DNA of 64,000 nt from positions 4,704,001 to 4,768,000 of the forward strand of contig OY760175.1 in the NCBI GenBank assembly GCA_963663165.1, in the 5' to 3' direction. Under the pieces are notes generated by a model. It made no database searches, was not told the DNA's origin, and saw nothing but the letters and a program-made list of their open reading frames with translations. Shown in pieces: positions 40,868 through 49,504 of the stretch. The stretch is from an uncultured Desulfospira sp. (GTDB taxonomy: Bacteria; Desulfobacterota; Desulfobacteria; Desulfobacterales; Desulfobacteraceae). The translations under genes were made by a program, and so were the position numbers. Numbering within the stretch: position 1 is the stretch's first letter; every line of letters starts with the position of its first letter.

Positions 40868-41385
40868 TTTTTTATGGCCTTTCTAAAAGACTTTAAGAAA
40901 GTGGACAAAATCGCCAGGCAGAACAAAAAACTTCCGATGGCAACAAGGATTAAAAATGGATACTCCGGCACCCTTAACACGCCTGACACGTCATTGGAGG
41001 CATAGAGCAGTTTTGCATATTTGGCTGACTGCCAGGTGACCAGCGCAAACATGATCAGGCCGAGAAAGTCGGTGATACTGTCAAGAATGTGCCCGACACG
41101 TTCAGGAAGCAGATTAAGGACAATATCGATTCTGATATGCCCTTTTTGCATCTGGGTGTGGCCGATGGCCGTGAGAACAGCCACGGCCAGCATAAATTCA
41201 GTCAGCTCAAAGGTGCCTGGGATGGGTCCGAGAAACGGGATAAATCCCACCAGGTAACGGCCGAGAACGTCCCCTACGGAGAGGAGCATCATCATCATCA
41301 TCACGACCATGGAAACCCAATGCAACCATTTGCATGGTGGAGCGGCAATCCGCTCCACAGTTTTGTCGATTGATTCAATATTCAT
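40864..41385 (-). CDS. dctQ: TRAP transporter small permease
   Basis: DVLGRY, ELTEF, HIRID; 4 TM segments. Confidence 0.9.
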   Translation of the reverse strand: MNIESIDKTVERIAAPPCKWLHWVSMVVMMMMMLLSVGDVLGRYLVGFIPFLGPIPGTFELTEFMLAVAVLTAIGHTQMQKGHIRIDIVLNLLPERVGHILDSITDFLGLIMFALVTWQSAKYAKLLYASNDVSGVLRVPEYPFLILVAIGSFLFCLAILSTFLKSFRKAIKK

Positions 41386-41388
41386 GGT

Positions 41389-42423
41389 TTACTCGTATTT
41401 TTTAATCAGTTCGTTGGTCTTGTCATAAAATTCCTGACCGGGCAGACCCTTTGATTTCATGTCTGCAATCCAGTCCTGGTAAATCCCGGACACGGCTTTT
41501 TTCCATTTGGCCATTTCAGGGTCAGGCATGGGGACAATCTCAACCTTGGCGGCCTTGGCGTCTGAAAGCCCGACTTCGGCCTCTTTATCGTAGCTGTCTG
41601 CCATGATTTGGGCCAGGCGCGAACCGGAAAGATCCTGGATGATTTTTTGGTCTTCCGGTGAGATTTTTTTCCACGACCTTTCATTGATCCCCATGGCCTG
41701 GGCATTCACAAAGAAATTTCCAATGGTCAATCCTTTCATGATATCCGCAAGTTTGAAGGTCCGGATGGCGGATGTGCCCAGCAGGGTACCATCAACCACA
41801 CCTTTTTGCATGGCGTCGAAAAGTTCTCCGATCCCCATGAGAATTGGAACCGACCCTAAGGCCTCAGCCGTGGGTTTCAAGGTGTCTGAACCTATCCGCA
41901 GCTTCAATCCTTTAATGTCTTCGACGTTGCGCACCACCTTGCGGGTGGTCATCAACTGGCCGGCATCCACGGTCCAAAGGGACAGGATCTTGACGCCTTT
42001 ATATTCAGCCTGCATTTCGGGGCTGGTTTCGTAAAGGTCCCACAAAGCCAGGCTCCCCTGAACGGCCGAGGTGGTCATAAACGGCAATTCGATGACTGAG
42101 GTTAACGGGAACTTGCCGGGCGTATATCCCTGGATAAACCATACCAGGTCAACGACACCGAGTTTGGCAGTGTCATAGAGCTGCTTTGCCGTTGAAAGCG
42201 CACCGCCGGGGAAAATCTGAATTTTAACCCTTTCATCGGTGGCTTTTTCTACATCCTTGGCCCATTGATCAAGATGGGCATGGATGTGGTGTTTGGTGGA
42301 CCACCCATGGGCCATTTTAAGTTTGACGGGTTTGGTTGAGGCTGCTGTCACGCCAGATGGGATACTCACCATCAATACGGCAAACATAAGGGTGGAAAAC
42401 AAAATACAACATTTTTTAGTCAT
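41389..42423 (-). CDS. dctP: TRAP transporter substrate-binding protein
   Basis: Signal peptide, FPGGAL, YTPGKFPL...ELPF, DIKGLKLR, MQKGVVDG. Confidence 0.92.
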   Translation of the reverse strand: MTKKCCILFSTLMFAVLMVSIPSGVTAASTKPVKLKMAHGWSTKHHIHAHLDQWAKDVEKATDERVKIQIFPGGALSTAKQLYDTAKLGVVDLVWFIQGYTPGKFPLTSVIELPFMTTSAVQGSLALWDLYETSPEMQAEYKGVKILSLWTVDAGQLMTTRKVVRNVEDIKGLKLRIGSDTLKPTAEALGSVPILMGIGELFDAMQKGVVDGTLLGTSAIRTFKLADIMKGLTIGNFFVNAQAMGINERSWKKISPEDQKIIQDLSGSRLAQIMADSYDKEAEVGLSDAKAAKVEIVPMPDPEMAKWKKAVSGIYQDWIADMKSKGLPGQEFYDKTNELIKKYE

Positions 42424-42531
42424 GGGTTTAGCTCCTTTTTGTTTTTAAATAATTCCCTGTCTATCTTGTCGGGTCACGATCTGTCCCGTGTTCAATGCCA
42501 CGGGCCTTTTTATTGCCTATTCCTTACTATT

Positions 42532-42603
42532 TATATGAAAGACTCAGCAACCTGTTGAGTGCTTTCAATATTTGTTGTGGGCAGTTCTTGGTTGGATAAC
42601 CAA
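42532..42603. repeat. ~72-bp structured repeat, copy 1
   Basis: TATATGAAAGACTCA...TGAGTGCTTTCAATATTTGTTGTGGGCAGTTCTTGGTTGGATAACCAA; inverted copy at 49027..49100. Confidence 0.8.
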
Positions 42604-43008
42604 GGCGGCCCGTGGCCGTTAGTGGCCGGGTTATTGTATGTCCTGTCCATAAATTCGTATACCGCATTCGGTATACAGCATTCAGTATTTATGATGCAAT
42701 ATCCATACCGACCCAATATTTTTTTCTTTTTGTATAATTATTTGAAATTATAAATATTTTTTTATAACCAGGCAGGTTGTTACGGGCTGAACTGTTATGA
42801 TATATAATAATTTTATTTGATTTTATAATTCATTTGCCAGGGTGATCCGGTGGGTTGTACCCCCCGGACGGTTTTTTAAATCAGCATGATAGGGATGGTG
42901 ACTTGTTTTTTTGCCAAAGAAAATATTGAAAATCCCCAACATTAAAAATATTACGCCTCCCCTGATGCAGTCAAGGTAAAATTCAGATATCCGGGGCAAA
43001 CAGACTTA

Positions 43009-43110
43009 TATTGGTGTTTGAACGAAAAGCCACCCATCTGCTGTGCTGCAGAAAAATTTGCATCTGGGCAACTTTTCGCCCAGACACGGGTGTATGTTCA
43101 GGCAATATAT
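43009..43110. mobile_element. MITE-like element, copy 2 (internally deleted, decayed)
   Basis: GTGTTTGAACGAAAAGCCACCCATCTGCTGTG...CTGGGCAACTTTTCG...CACGGG...GTTCAGGCA matches both ends of 5661..5816 but lacks the central hairpin. Confidence 0.78.
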
Positions 43111-43125
43111 TATGGTTGGCGGGCA

Positions 43126-44541
43126 CTATCGTTTAAAGCGGGTTTTATCAAGCCCCAGTTTTTTCATTTTGCCGTACAGCCCCCGTGGGTGAATCCCGGC
43201 AATTTCGGCGGCTTCCCCGATCCGGCCGCTGGTCTTTGTTAACACGACCTCAAAGTATCGCTTTTCAACTTGATCCAGAATGGCCTGTTTGACCTGTGCC
43301 AGTGTTTTGGTTCCCCAGGCTTCTATGTCTTCGGGCAAAAGAGAAAGGGCGTTTTTGGCCTGAGATTCTTTATCATGGAGGGTAGAGGGAAGATTTTCAA
43401 TGGAGATTTCACCTGATTTGCACAGCAGGACCGCCCGTTCAATGACATTCATGAGTTCGCGAATATTGCCCGGCCAGGCATAGCGGCCGAGGGCTTTCAT
43501 GGCCGATGGGGAAAACCGGTTGATCTCCCGGCCCAGTTTTTTGGCATAGACATTAAGGAAATGACTGGCCATGGCCGGGATGTCTTCTTTTCGTTTTCTT
43601 AAGGGGGGCAGGGTCAGGGTGACCACGCCGAGCCGGTAAAACAAATCCTGTCTGAAATTGCCTTTCTCCACCTCTTTTTCAAGATCTTTGTTGGTGGCGG
43701 CAATGATCCGGACGTTTACCCAGACGGATTTTTCACTGCCCACGGGCGTGAATTCAAAATCCTGAAGGACCCGCAATAGCTTGGACTGCATCAGTAGGGG
43801 CATTTCGCCGATTTCATCCAGGAAAAGTGTGCCCTGGTGGGCCATTTCAAAGGCCCCCCGCCGGGACCGGACCGCACCGGTAAACGCCCCCTGTTCATGA
43901 CCGAATAATTCACTTTCCATGAGCTGGTCCGGAATGGCGGCCATGTTAACGGGAATAAACGGGCCGGATGACCGCGGGCTTTCAGCGTGTATGGCCTTTG
44001 CCAGGTGTTCTTTGCCGGTGCCGGTCTCCCCTAAAATCAACAGGGTGGCATCACTGGAGACCACCTGCAATGTCTCGTCAAGGAATATCTGCATCTCTTT
44101 GCTGTTGGATGTGAAGTCATTGAGCCGGGGCAAAAACCGGCCCCGCTGATCAAACCGGTGGGCATAGTGAAATATCCGCCTGGATTCGATGGTACTCTCA
44201 ATGGCTTCGCAAATGCTGTCAAACGGGACCCCTGAGTAGAGAACCACATCAGAGCCCATGGCCAGGAGCGCCGCATGTTCCTCGGAGGATTCCCTGTCAT
44301 CCAGTATGATGGTGACCGGTTTTTCGGGCAGTTCGTTGAGTATGGCGATGTTGGATTCTATGGGGGGGGGGATCAGCCGTCTGCTGACGATGAAGATGTC
44401 TGCACAGCTTCTGACCATTTCCTGCCAGGGTATTTTTTGCTCCCGGGTAATTTCCAGCTGGACATCAAGCTGGGATAATCGGTTTTTCAATTTCGGCAAC
44501 AGTTTTTTTTCGCTGATGGCACAGATGACACGGATCAGCAT
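43126..44541 (-). CDS. Sigma-54-dependent enhancer-binding protein with an atypical receiver-like N-terminus
   Basis: [36 protein letters not shown], Fis-type HTH. Confidence 0.95.
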   Translation of the reverse strand: MLIRVICAISEKKLLPKLKNRLSQLDVQLEITREQKIPWQEMVRSCADIFIVSRRLIPPPIESNIAILNELPEKPVTIILDDRESSEEHAALLAMGSDVVLYSGVPFDSICEAIESTIESRRIFHYAHRFDQRGRFLPRLNDFTSNSKEMQIFLDETLQVVSSDATLLILGETGTGKEHLAKAIHAESPRSSGPFIPVNMAAIPDQLMESELFGHEQGAFTGAVRSRRGAFEMAHQGTLFLDEIGEMPLLMQSKLLRVLQDFEFTPVGSEKSVWVNVRIIAATNKDLEKEVEKGNFRQDLFYRLGVVTLTLPPLRKRKEDIPAMASHFLNVYAKKLGREINRFSPSAMKALGRYAWPGNIRELMNVIERAVLLCKSGEISIENLPSTLHDKESQAKNALSLLPEDIEAWGTKTLAQVKQAILDQVEKRYFEVVLTKTSGRIGEAAEIAGIHPRGLYGKMKKLGLDKTRFKR

Positions 44542-44589
44542 CTGTCCGTCCTCCCGTTGATAATGTCTACTGATAATTTCGACCGATAA

Positions 44590-44724
44590 TTTCGGTAAAA
44601 AACTACCGAAATGATGAAAACATACTTATTTGTATGGGGAATATTCCCATCATGTCGACCCTATGTATCACATTTTTCAGAAAATTAATACCGAAAATAT
44701 TATTTGTCGGTAATTTTATACCGA
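44590..44724. promoter_or_regulatory. Two TCGGTA-N6-TACCGA palindromes (candidate enhancer sites)
   Basis: TTTCGGTAaaaaacTACCGAAA at 44590-44611 and TCGGTAattttaTACCGA at 44707-44724; extra half-site TACCGAAA at 44689. Confidence 0.7.
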
Positions 44725-44810
44725 AAAAAGCGGTGAAATTTATGGGCTGTTTATCTTATAAGTAGTTGTTTTTATATGATTTATTAAAAAGTTATGATTT
44801 TTATTTTCCA

Positions 44811-44826
44811 TGGCACAATAGATGCT
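44811..44826 (+). promoter_or_regulatory. Sigma-54 promoter of the decarboxylase/ATP-grasp operon
   Basis: TGGCACAATAGATGCT (GG-N10-GC), divergent from the enhancer-binding protein gene, after an AT-rich spacer. Confidence 0.8.
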
Positions 44827-44879
44827 GAAGGGGGGGGTGAAGTCCAATTCGGGCTGAACGTCTAAAAAAGGATCTTAAG

Positions 44880-45038
44880 ATGAACAGGGAAAAGATTGGA
44901 AAGACAAACCACAAGGCCCCCAGATTCAAGGATTACAGTGACGACTCTCTGGGGTGGGAAGAACGGCTGAATATGAAAAAAAACCGTAAGAAAAGAAAAT
45001 CCAAACGAAAAGATTTTGAGTTTAAGAACGAATATTAA
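44880..45038 (+). CDS. Unannotated 52-aa Lys/Arg-rich small protein
   Basis: AAGGA 7 nt before ATG; MNREKIGKTNHKAPRFKDYSDDSLGWEERLNMKKNRKKRKSKRKDFEFKNEY; fills the gap between the promoter and the speD-like gene. Confidence 0.65.
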   Translation: MNREKIGKTNHKAPRFKDYSDDSLGWEERLNMKKNRKKRKSKRKDFEFKNEY

Positions 45039-45066
45039 CCCCATCAGGGAAAGGAAACAAATAAAA

Positions 45067-45480
45067 ATGAATACATCTGCTGCAACGGCTTTAAAAATTG
45101 ACCCTTCAAATTTTCAGAATAGCGCGCCGGATGTCTGGGGGATTGCTTCTGCCATTGACATATACGAGTGCGATCCTGAAAAAATCAGAGATGCCGAGTT
45201 CATCAAACAATTTGTCGTGGAATTGTGTGATCTCATTGAGATGAAACGTTTTGGGGAAACCCAGGTTGTCCATTTTGGCGAGGATGAAAAAGTGGCCGGC
45301 TTTTCCATGATTCAGCTCATTGAAACCTCTCTGATTTCGGGTCATTTTGCCAACCTGACCAATGCGGTCTACCTGGATGTATTCAGCTGTAAAGCCTATG
45401 ATCCCGCAGTAGTCCGGGAATTTTCCCAAAAAGCCTTTGGCGGGGCCTGGTCCCATATCAATGTCACCTACCGGAAGTAA
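45067..45480 (+). CDS. Pyruvoyl-dependent decarboxylase proenzyme, S-adenosylmethionine decarboxylase (SpeD) family
   Basis: IDIYECD, GFSMIQLIETSLISGHF, YLDVFSCK; ATG 45067 follows AAAGGA. Confidence 0.85.
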   Translation: MNTSAATALKIDPSNFQNSAPDVWGIASAIDIYECDPEKIRDAEFIKQFVVELCDLIEMKRFGETQVVHFGEDEKVAGFSMIQLIETSLISGHFANLTNAVYLDVFSCKAYDPAVVREFSQKAFGGAWSHINVTYRK

Positions 45481-45488
45481 GGTGGAAT

Positions 45489-46511
45489 ATGAAACTTAAG
45501 ATCTATACCGATATCCGGGACTGCCAAACCCTGTGGGAGAGGCTCTGGCCGGAAAAAGAACTCTTTGACCTCTGGCAGGTCAGGGCCTGCTTCCATGAGC
45601 AGTTTCAGCGGCCGCTCAGATTTCATACGGTTGAATCCGACGGCCGGGTCCTGGGATTTTTGCCCTTAAGCTGGTGCGAAGAGTCAAACCAGTATGTTAT
45701 TTTTCCGGGAGAAACCTGGCATGGCAAGACCTGGATAGAGCAAAACCGGATCATTGCCCGGGACAAAGAGATCTTCGAGATGCTGATCCAGGCCGTGCCG
45801 GGACCGGTTCATCTAAGGTATCTGAGCCCAAGCCCGTTACTGGATACCCTGGGCCGGGCAACCGAGGACGAAAAGGGATACCTGTTTTATCCGGGCATCT
45901 TCAATTATAATTTTGAAAATTACTGGCTGGGGTTTTCCGGCAAATCCAGAAAAAACATTAAAAAAGAGATGGCCGCCCTTGAGGCCCTTAAGGTGAGTTT
46001 CAGGATCAATGAACTGGCGGATCTTGAAGACCTGTTCCGCCTGAACACCACCTCTTTTGTGGCCAATTCCTATTTTCATGACCCGCGGTTTCATGGGGCA
46101 TTCCAGCGGCTTGCCGTGCTGCTCAAAGAAATGGGTTGCCTGAGAATGACGGCCATCCGCATTGGCGGCCAGACAGCGGCAGTGGATATGGGCGCGGTGT
46201 TCAACAATACCTACACCCTCCTGGCAGGGGGCACCAGCCCCTGTTTTAAAGGGGTCGCAAAGCTGATTAACCTTCATCACATCGAGTGGGCCTGTAAAAA
46301 CCAAATCGGCACAGTGGATTTCCTTTGTGGCGATTTTAACTGGAAAGAACGGTTTCATCTTACCCCGAGACCCTTGTTTCTCATCGACGGCCAGGGCCCG
46401 GCCTGCCCGGTGCAAAATTTAATAGATCCCAAAGACTTTTATATCCGGGAAGCCGGGAACCAAACGGTTTCAGGTCCGGCACACGGCCATGAAGAACGCA
46501 TCTGCGCGTAG
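45489..46511 (+). CDS. GNAT-fold transferase (Acetyltransf_6 / CelD-BcsL / FemAB-like)
   Basis: FENYWLGFSGKSRKNIKKE; GVAKLINLHHIEWAC...VDFLCGDFNWKERF. Confidence 0.8.
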   Translation: MKLKIYTDIRDCQTLWERLWPEKELFDLWQVRACFHEQFQRPLRFHTVESDGRVLGFLPLSWCEESNQYVIFPGETWHGKTWIEQNRIIARDKEIFEMLIQAVPGPVHLRYLSPSPLLDTLGRATEDEKGYLFYPGIFNYNFENYWLGFSGKSRKNIKKEMAALEALKVSFRINELADLEDLFRLNTTSFVANSYFHDPRFHGAFQRLAVLLKEMGCLRMTAIRIGGQTAAVDMGAVFNNTYTLLAGGTSPCFKGVAKLINLHHIEWACKNQIGTVDFLCGDFNWKERFHLTPRPLFLIDGQGPACPVQNLIDPKDFYIREAGNQTVSGPAHGHEERICA

Positions 46512-47772
46512 CAAGGATCAAGTGCTGGTTGTCGGCACAACACCGGATTATATTCACTTTATACGGGAGAATTATCCCGGCAGGGCCCTGTTCCTGACAG
46601 ACCCAAAGGCCAGGCGCGGTGCCGCCGAGCCTGCCCCTTGTGCCGGTGAAGAGATCCTGGTGGGGCTATATAATGAACAAGTCGTCTTGAAGGTCCTTTC
46701 CTCGCATTTGAGAACCCACGGGATAAAGATTTCCGGGGTGGCCTGTTTTGACTGTGAGGCCTTGGAGCTGGCTGCTGTGATCGCATCAGAGTTTGGCCTG
46801 GGCTTTGTGAGCGTCGAAGCGGTCCGCAACTGCCGGGACAAGTTTGTGTGCAAACAGATCTGGCAGGAAAATCAGATCCCGTGCCCTGAAATCCAGCCGG
46901 TGAATACCCTGGAACAGGCCCAGGCGTTTCTTAGGGAATGTCCCCGCGGGATTGTCCTCAAGCCCTTTTACGGCAGCGGCAGTGAGCTGGTGTTCCGATG
47001 CAAAACAGCAACAGACTGTGAAACCTCGTTTAACACCATCCGGGAAGGGCTTGGCAAAAGAAAGTCCCACCCGCTGTTTAAAAAACAATCTTCAACCCGG
47101 TTTCTCATGCTGGCCGAGGAATTTGCAGAAGGCCCCGAGTACAGCTGTGACATGTTCATCGACAACGGCGCGGTTAGAATGATTCGCCTGGCCAAAAAAA
47201 TAAAGCTGCCATACCAGCCCTTTGGCACCATTGCCGGATATATCCTGCCGGCCAGACTGCCCGAAGGCATGGATGGCGGCCAGTTTGAAGCCATGCTGCT
47301 GAAGAGCGCCCGGGTTCTCGGGGTCAACAAAGGGATTTGTATGGTGGATTTTGTGGTTAATGATCTCGAGGCAAAGCTCATTGAGCTGACCCCCCGCCCG
47401 GGCGGGGACTGTCTGCCCGAGCTCATGAGGACGGCCGGGAACCTGGATATGATCGGGTTAACCCTGGATTTCGCACAGAAAAGGCCCATCAATTTAAATG
47501 ATACCAAAGGTTTCCCCGTTCATATCGGGTTAAGAATCCATGCCCATAAAGCCGGGGTTTTAAAATCCTTTAACATGGATGAACTGGCATCTGACAGCCG
47601 GATTAAACGAATCAATATTACCCGGAAACCCGGCCATCGGATTACCATGCCGCCGGAGGATTATGACTCCTGGCTTCTTGGCCACATGATTATCAAGCCT
47701 GAAAAGTCCAGCCATCTGGAGTCCCAGAGCCTTTTGATCGGCAAGCGTTTGAAAGTGGAGATCGCGTCATGA
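46489..47772 (+). CDS. ATP-grasp ligase (L-amino-acid-ligase-like)
   Basis: CRDKF, VLKPFYGSGSELV, EEFAEGPEYS, IELTPRPGGD. Confidence 0.88.
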   Translation: MKNASARSKDQVLVVGTTPDYIHFIRENYPGRALFLTDPKARRGAAEPAPCAGEEILVGLYNEQVVLKVLSSHLRTHGIKISGVACFDCEALELAAVIASEFGLGFVSVEAVRNCRDKFVCKQIWQENQIPCPEIQPVNTLEQAQAFLRECPRGIVLKPFYGSGSELVFRCKTATDCETSFNTIREGLGKRKSHPLFKKQSSTRFLMLAEEFAEGPEYSCDMFIDNGAVRMIRLAKKIKLPYQPFGTIAGYILPARLPEGMDGGQFEAMLLKSARVLGVNKGICMVDFVVNDLEAKLIELTPRPGGDCLPELMRTAGNLDMIGLTLDFAQKRPINLNDTKGFPVHIGLRIHAHKAGVLKSFNMDELASDSRIKRINITRKPGHRITMPPEDYDSWLLGHMIIKPEKSSHLESQSLLIGKRLKVEIAS

Positions 47773-49025
47773 CCCCGGCCTGTGAAAGCACGGTATTGTC
47801 TAAACCTTATTTAAACGACTTTATTGACGGGTTTCTGGCAAGGCGGCAGCTTTTCTGCCGCCTGACGGAACAATTCGGCTCTCCCCTTTATGTACTGGAA
47901 ACCCCGGTGCTTCAACGCCGGGCCCAGCAGTTTAAAACTGCCATGAGCAGCCGGCTGCCGGACTGCGGGTTTTATTTTGCCGTGAAAAGCAACGCCATGC
48001 CCGAGATTTCCAGGGGCCTGCTGGGCCAGGGCTTTGGACTGGATGTTTCCAGCGGGGTGGAACTATCCCTGGCGCTTGGTCTTGGCGCTAAGGCCATTGT
48101 ATTTTCCGGCCCGGGAAAAACCCGGGCCGAACTTGAACAGGCCGTGGACCATGCCGACAAGGTAACGGTGCTGCTGGACAGTGAAGGTGAGCTTGGCCGG
48201 CTAAACGCCGTTGCCAAAGAAAAAAACAAACCGGTTCATGTGGGGCTGCGGCTGAACACCAACCCTGAGGGGGTGTGGAGAAAATTCGGTATCCTTTTGG
48301 AGGAGCTTGGGCCGTTATACGATCAGATCAGGGATTCCGATTACCTTAAGTTTTCTGGATTGCAGTTTCACTCTTCATGGAACCTGGGCCCGGAACGGCA
48401 GACAGCGTTTATCAAACAGCTTGGCGAGCATTTGAAAGCCATGCCGGACCGCTTTTTTGAGGATTTGAATTTCATTGATATCGGCGGGGGATACTGGCCT
48501 TCCCAGGGGGAGTGGCTGGTTTCTGAAAACCCGCTGGTTCACACCCATATCCAGGCGGCATCCATTGAGATATTTGCCGACTGCCTGGCCTCGGCTTTAA
48601 CGGCGCATATTTTCCCCTTGAAGCCCTGCCGGATCTGTTTTGAGCCCGGCCGCTGGATCTGCAATGATGCCATGCATATCCTCATTACCGTGGTGGACTG
48701 CAAAACCAAAGATCTGGTGATCACAGACGCCGGGACCAATGCCATCGGCTGGGAGCGCTTTGAAACCGACTATTTCCCGGTGATCAACCTGACAAGGGCC
48801 AGTCTTGAGGAAAAACCCTGCCAGATCTTAGGGTCATTGTGTACCCCCCATGATGTCTGGGGCCAGGCCTATTTTGGAAAAGAAATTTTAGAGGGGGATG
48901 TGCTGATGATCCCCACCCAGGGCGCCTATACCTACAGTTTAAGGCAAAATTTTATCAAACCGTTGCCTCACATTGTTGTGGTTGATGAGAACAATCCCCC
49001 CTTTTGTATAACAGCCACGGGCTGA
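47769..49025 (+). CDS. PLP-dependent decarboxylase, Orn/DAP/Arg family (LysA-like)
   Basis: SPLYV, YFAVKSN, DVSSGVEL, SGPGK, IDIGGG, FEPGR, GSLCTPHD, GAYTYS. Confidence 0.9.
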   Translation: MTPACESTVLSKPYLNDFIDGFLARRQLFCRLTEQFGSPLYVLETPVLQRRAQQFKTAMSSRLPDCGFYFAVKSNAMPEISRGLLGQGFGLDVSSGVELSLALGLGAKAIVFSGPGKTRAELEQAVDHADKVTVLLDSEGELGRLNAVAKEKNKPVHVGLRLNTNPEGVWRKFGILLEELGPLYDQIRDSDYLKFSGLQFHSSWNLGPERQTAFIKQLGEHLKAMPDRFFEDLNFIDIGGGYWPSQGEWLVSENPLVHTHIQAASIEIFADCLASALTAHIFPLKPCRICFEPGRWICNDAMHILITVVDCKTKDLVITDAGTNAIGWERFETDYFPVINLTRASLEEKPCQILGSLCTPHDVWGQAYFGKEILEGDVLMIPTQGAYTYSLRQNFIKPLPHIVVVDENNPPFCITATG

Positions 49026-49026
49026 T

Positions 49027-49100
49027 TTGGTTATCCAACCAAGATCCGCCCACAACAAATAATGAAAGTCCTCTCAAGATGTTAGTGAGACTTTTATATA
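49027..49100. repeat. ~72-bp structured repeat, copy 2 (inverted)
   Basis: TTGGTTATCCAACCAAGATCCGCCCACAACAAATAATGAAAGTC...GACTTTTATATA. Confidence 0.8.
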
Positions 49101-49101
49101 A

Positions 49102-49275
49102 AATTAGTGTCTGAACGAAAATCCGTGTTTGGGCGAAAGGTTGCTTAAGATGCAAGGCGTAACCAAAGGTCAGAAACCAGAAAAATTTGCAACTGGAGCA
49201 ACCATAAGGGTTGTGAGGATTGCAAATTTTTTTTGCAACACGGCAGATGGGTGACCTTTCATTCAAACACTAAAT
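49102..49275. mobile_element. MITE-like element, copy 3 (opposite orientation)
   Basis: AATTAGTGTCTGAACGAAAA...GGTTGTGAGGATTGCAA...GCAGATGGGTGAC...TTCAAACACTAA; reverse complement aligns with 5661..5816. Confidence 0.8.
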
Positions 49276-49289
49276 TAAAGGAGCAAGCC

Positions 49290-49463
49290 ATGAGTTATGA
49301 TTTCTGCTTAAGCTGCGGTGTTCTGCTGGCACCCGGGGTTGTTCAATGTCCGGTGTGCGGCTTTGACAACGCATTTGATGAACAAGAGGACCCCGTCATT
49401 GATGACCGGTTTATTCATCATTTTAATGATGAGTTTATCCTGGACGGTGATTATCCGGATTGA
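49290..49463 (+). CDS. 57-aa acidic zinc-ribbon protein
   Basis: AAAGGAG RBS; CLSCG...CPVCG followed by a D/E-rich tail. Confidence 0.7.
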   Translation: MSYDFCLSCGVLLAPGVVQCPVCGFDNAFDEQEDPVIDDRFIHHFNDEFILDGDYPD

Positions 49464-49504
49464 TCAGAACAACCATTTGAAACCATAAGAAAAAGGGTAT
49501 CATC

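Noticed and set aside
45016..45066. N-terminal extension of the speD-like ORF from TTG 45016
   Set aside because: ATG 45067 has a better RBS, and the extension would overlap the 52-aa ORF
47769..49025. Calling this gene housekeeping lysA
   Set aside because: The fold is clear, but substrate specificity cannot be read from the motifs and the context is not lysine biosynthesis
43009..49275. Composite transposon formed by MITE copies 2 and 3 around the operon
   Set aside because: The copies are differently decayed, no shared target duplication is visible, and a third copy lies elsewhere, so independent insertions are simpler
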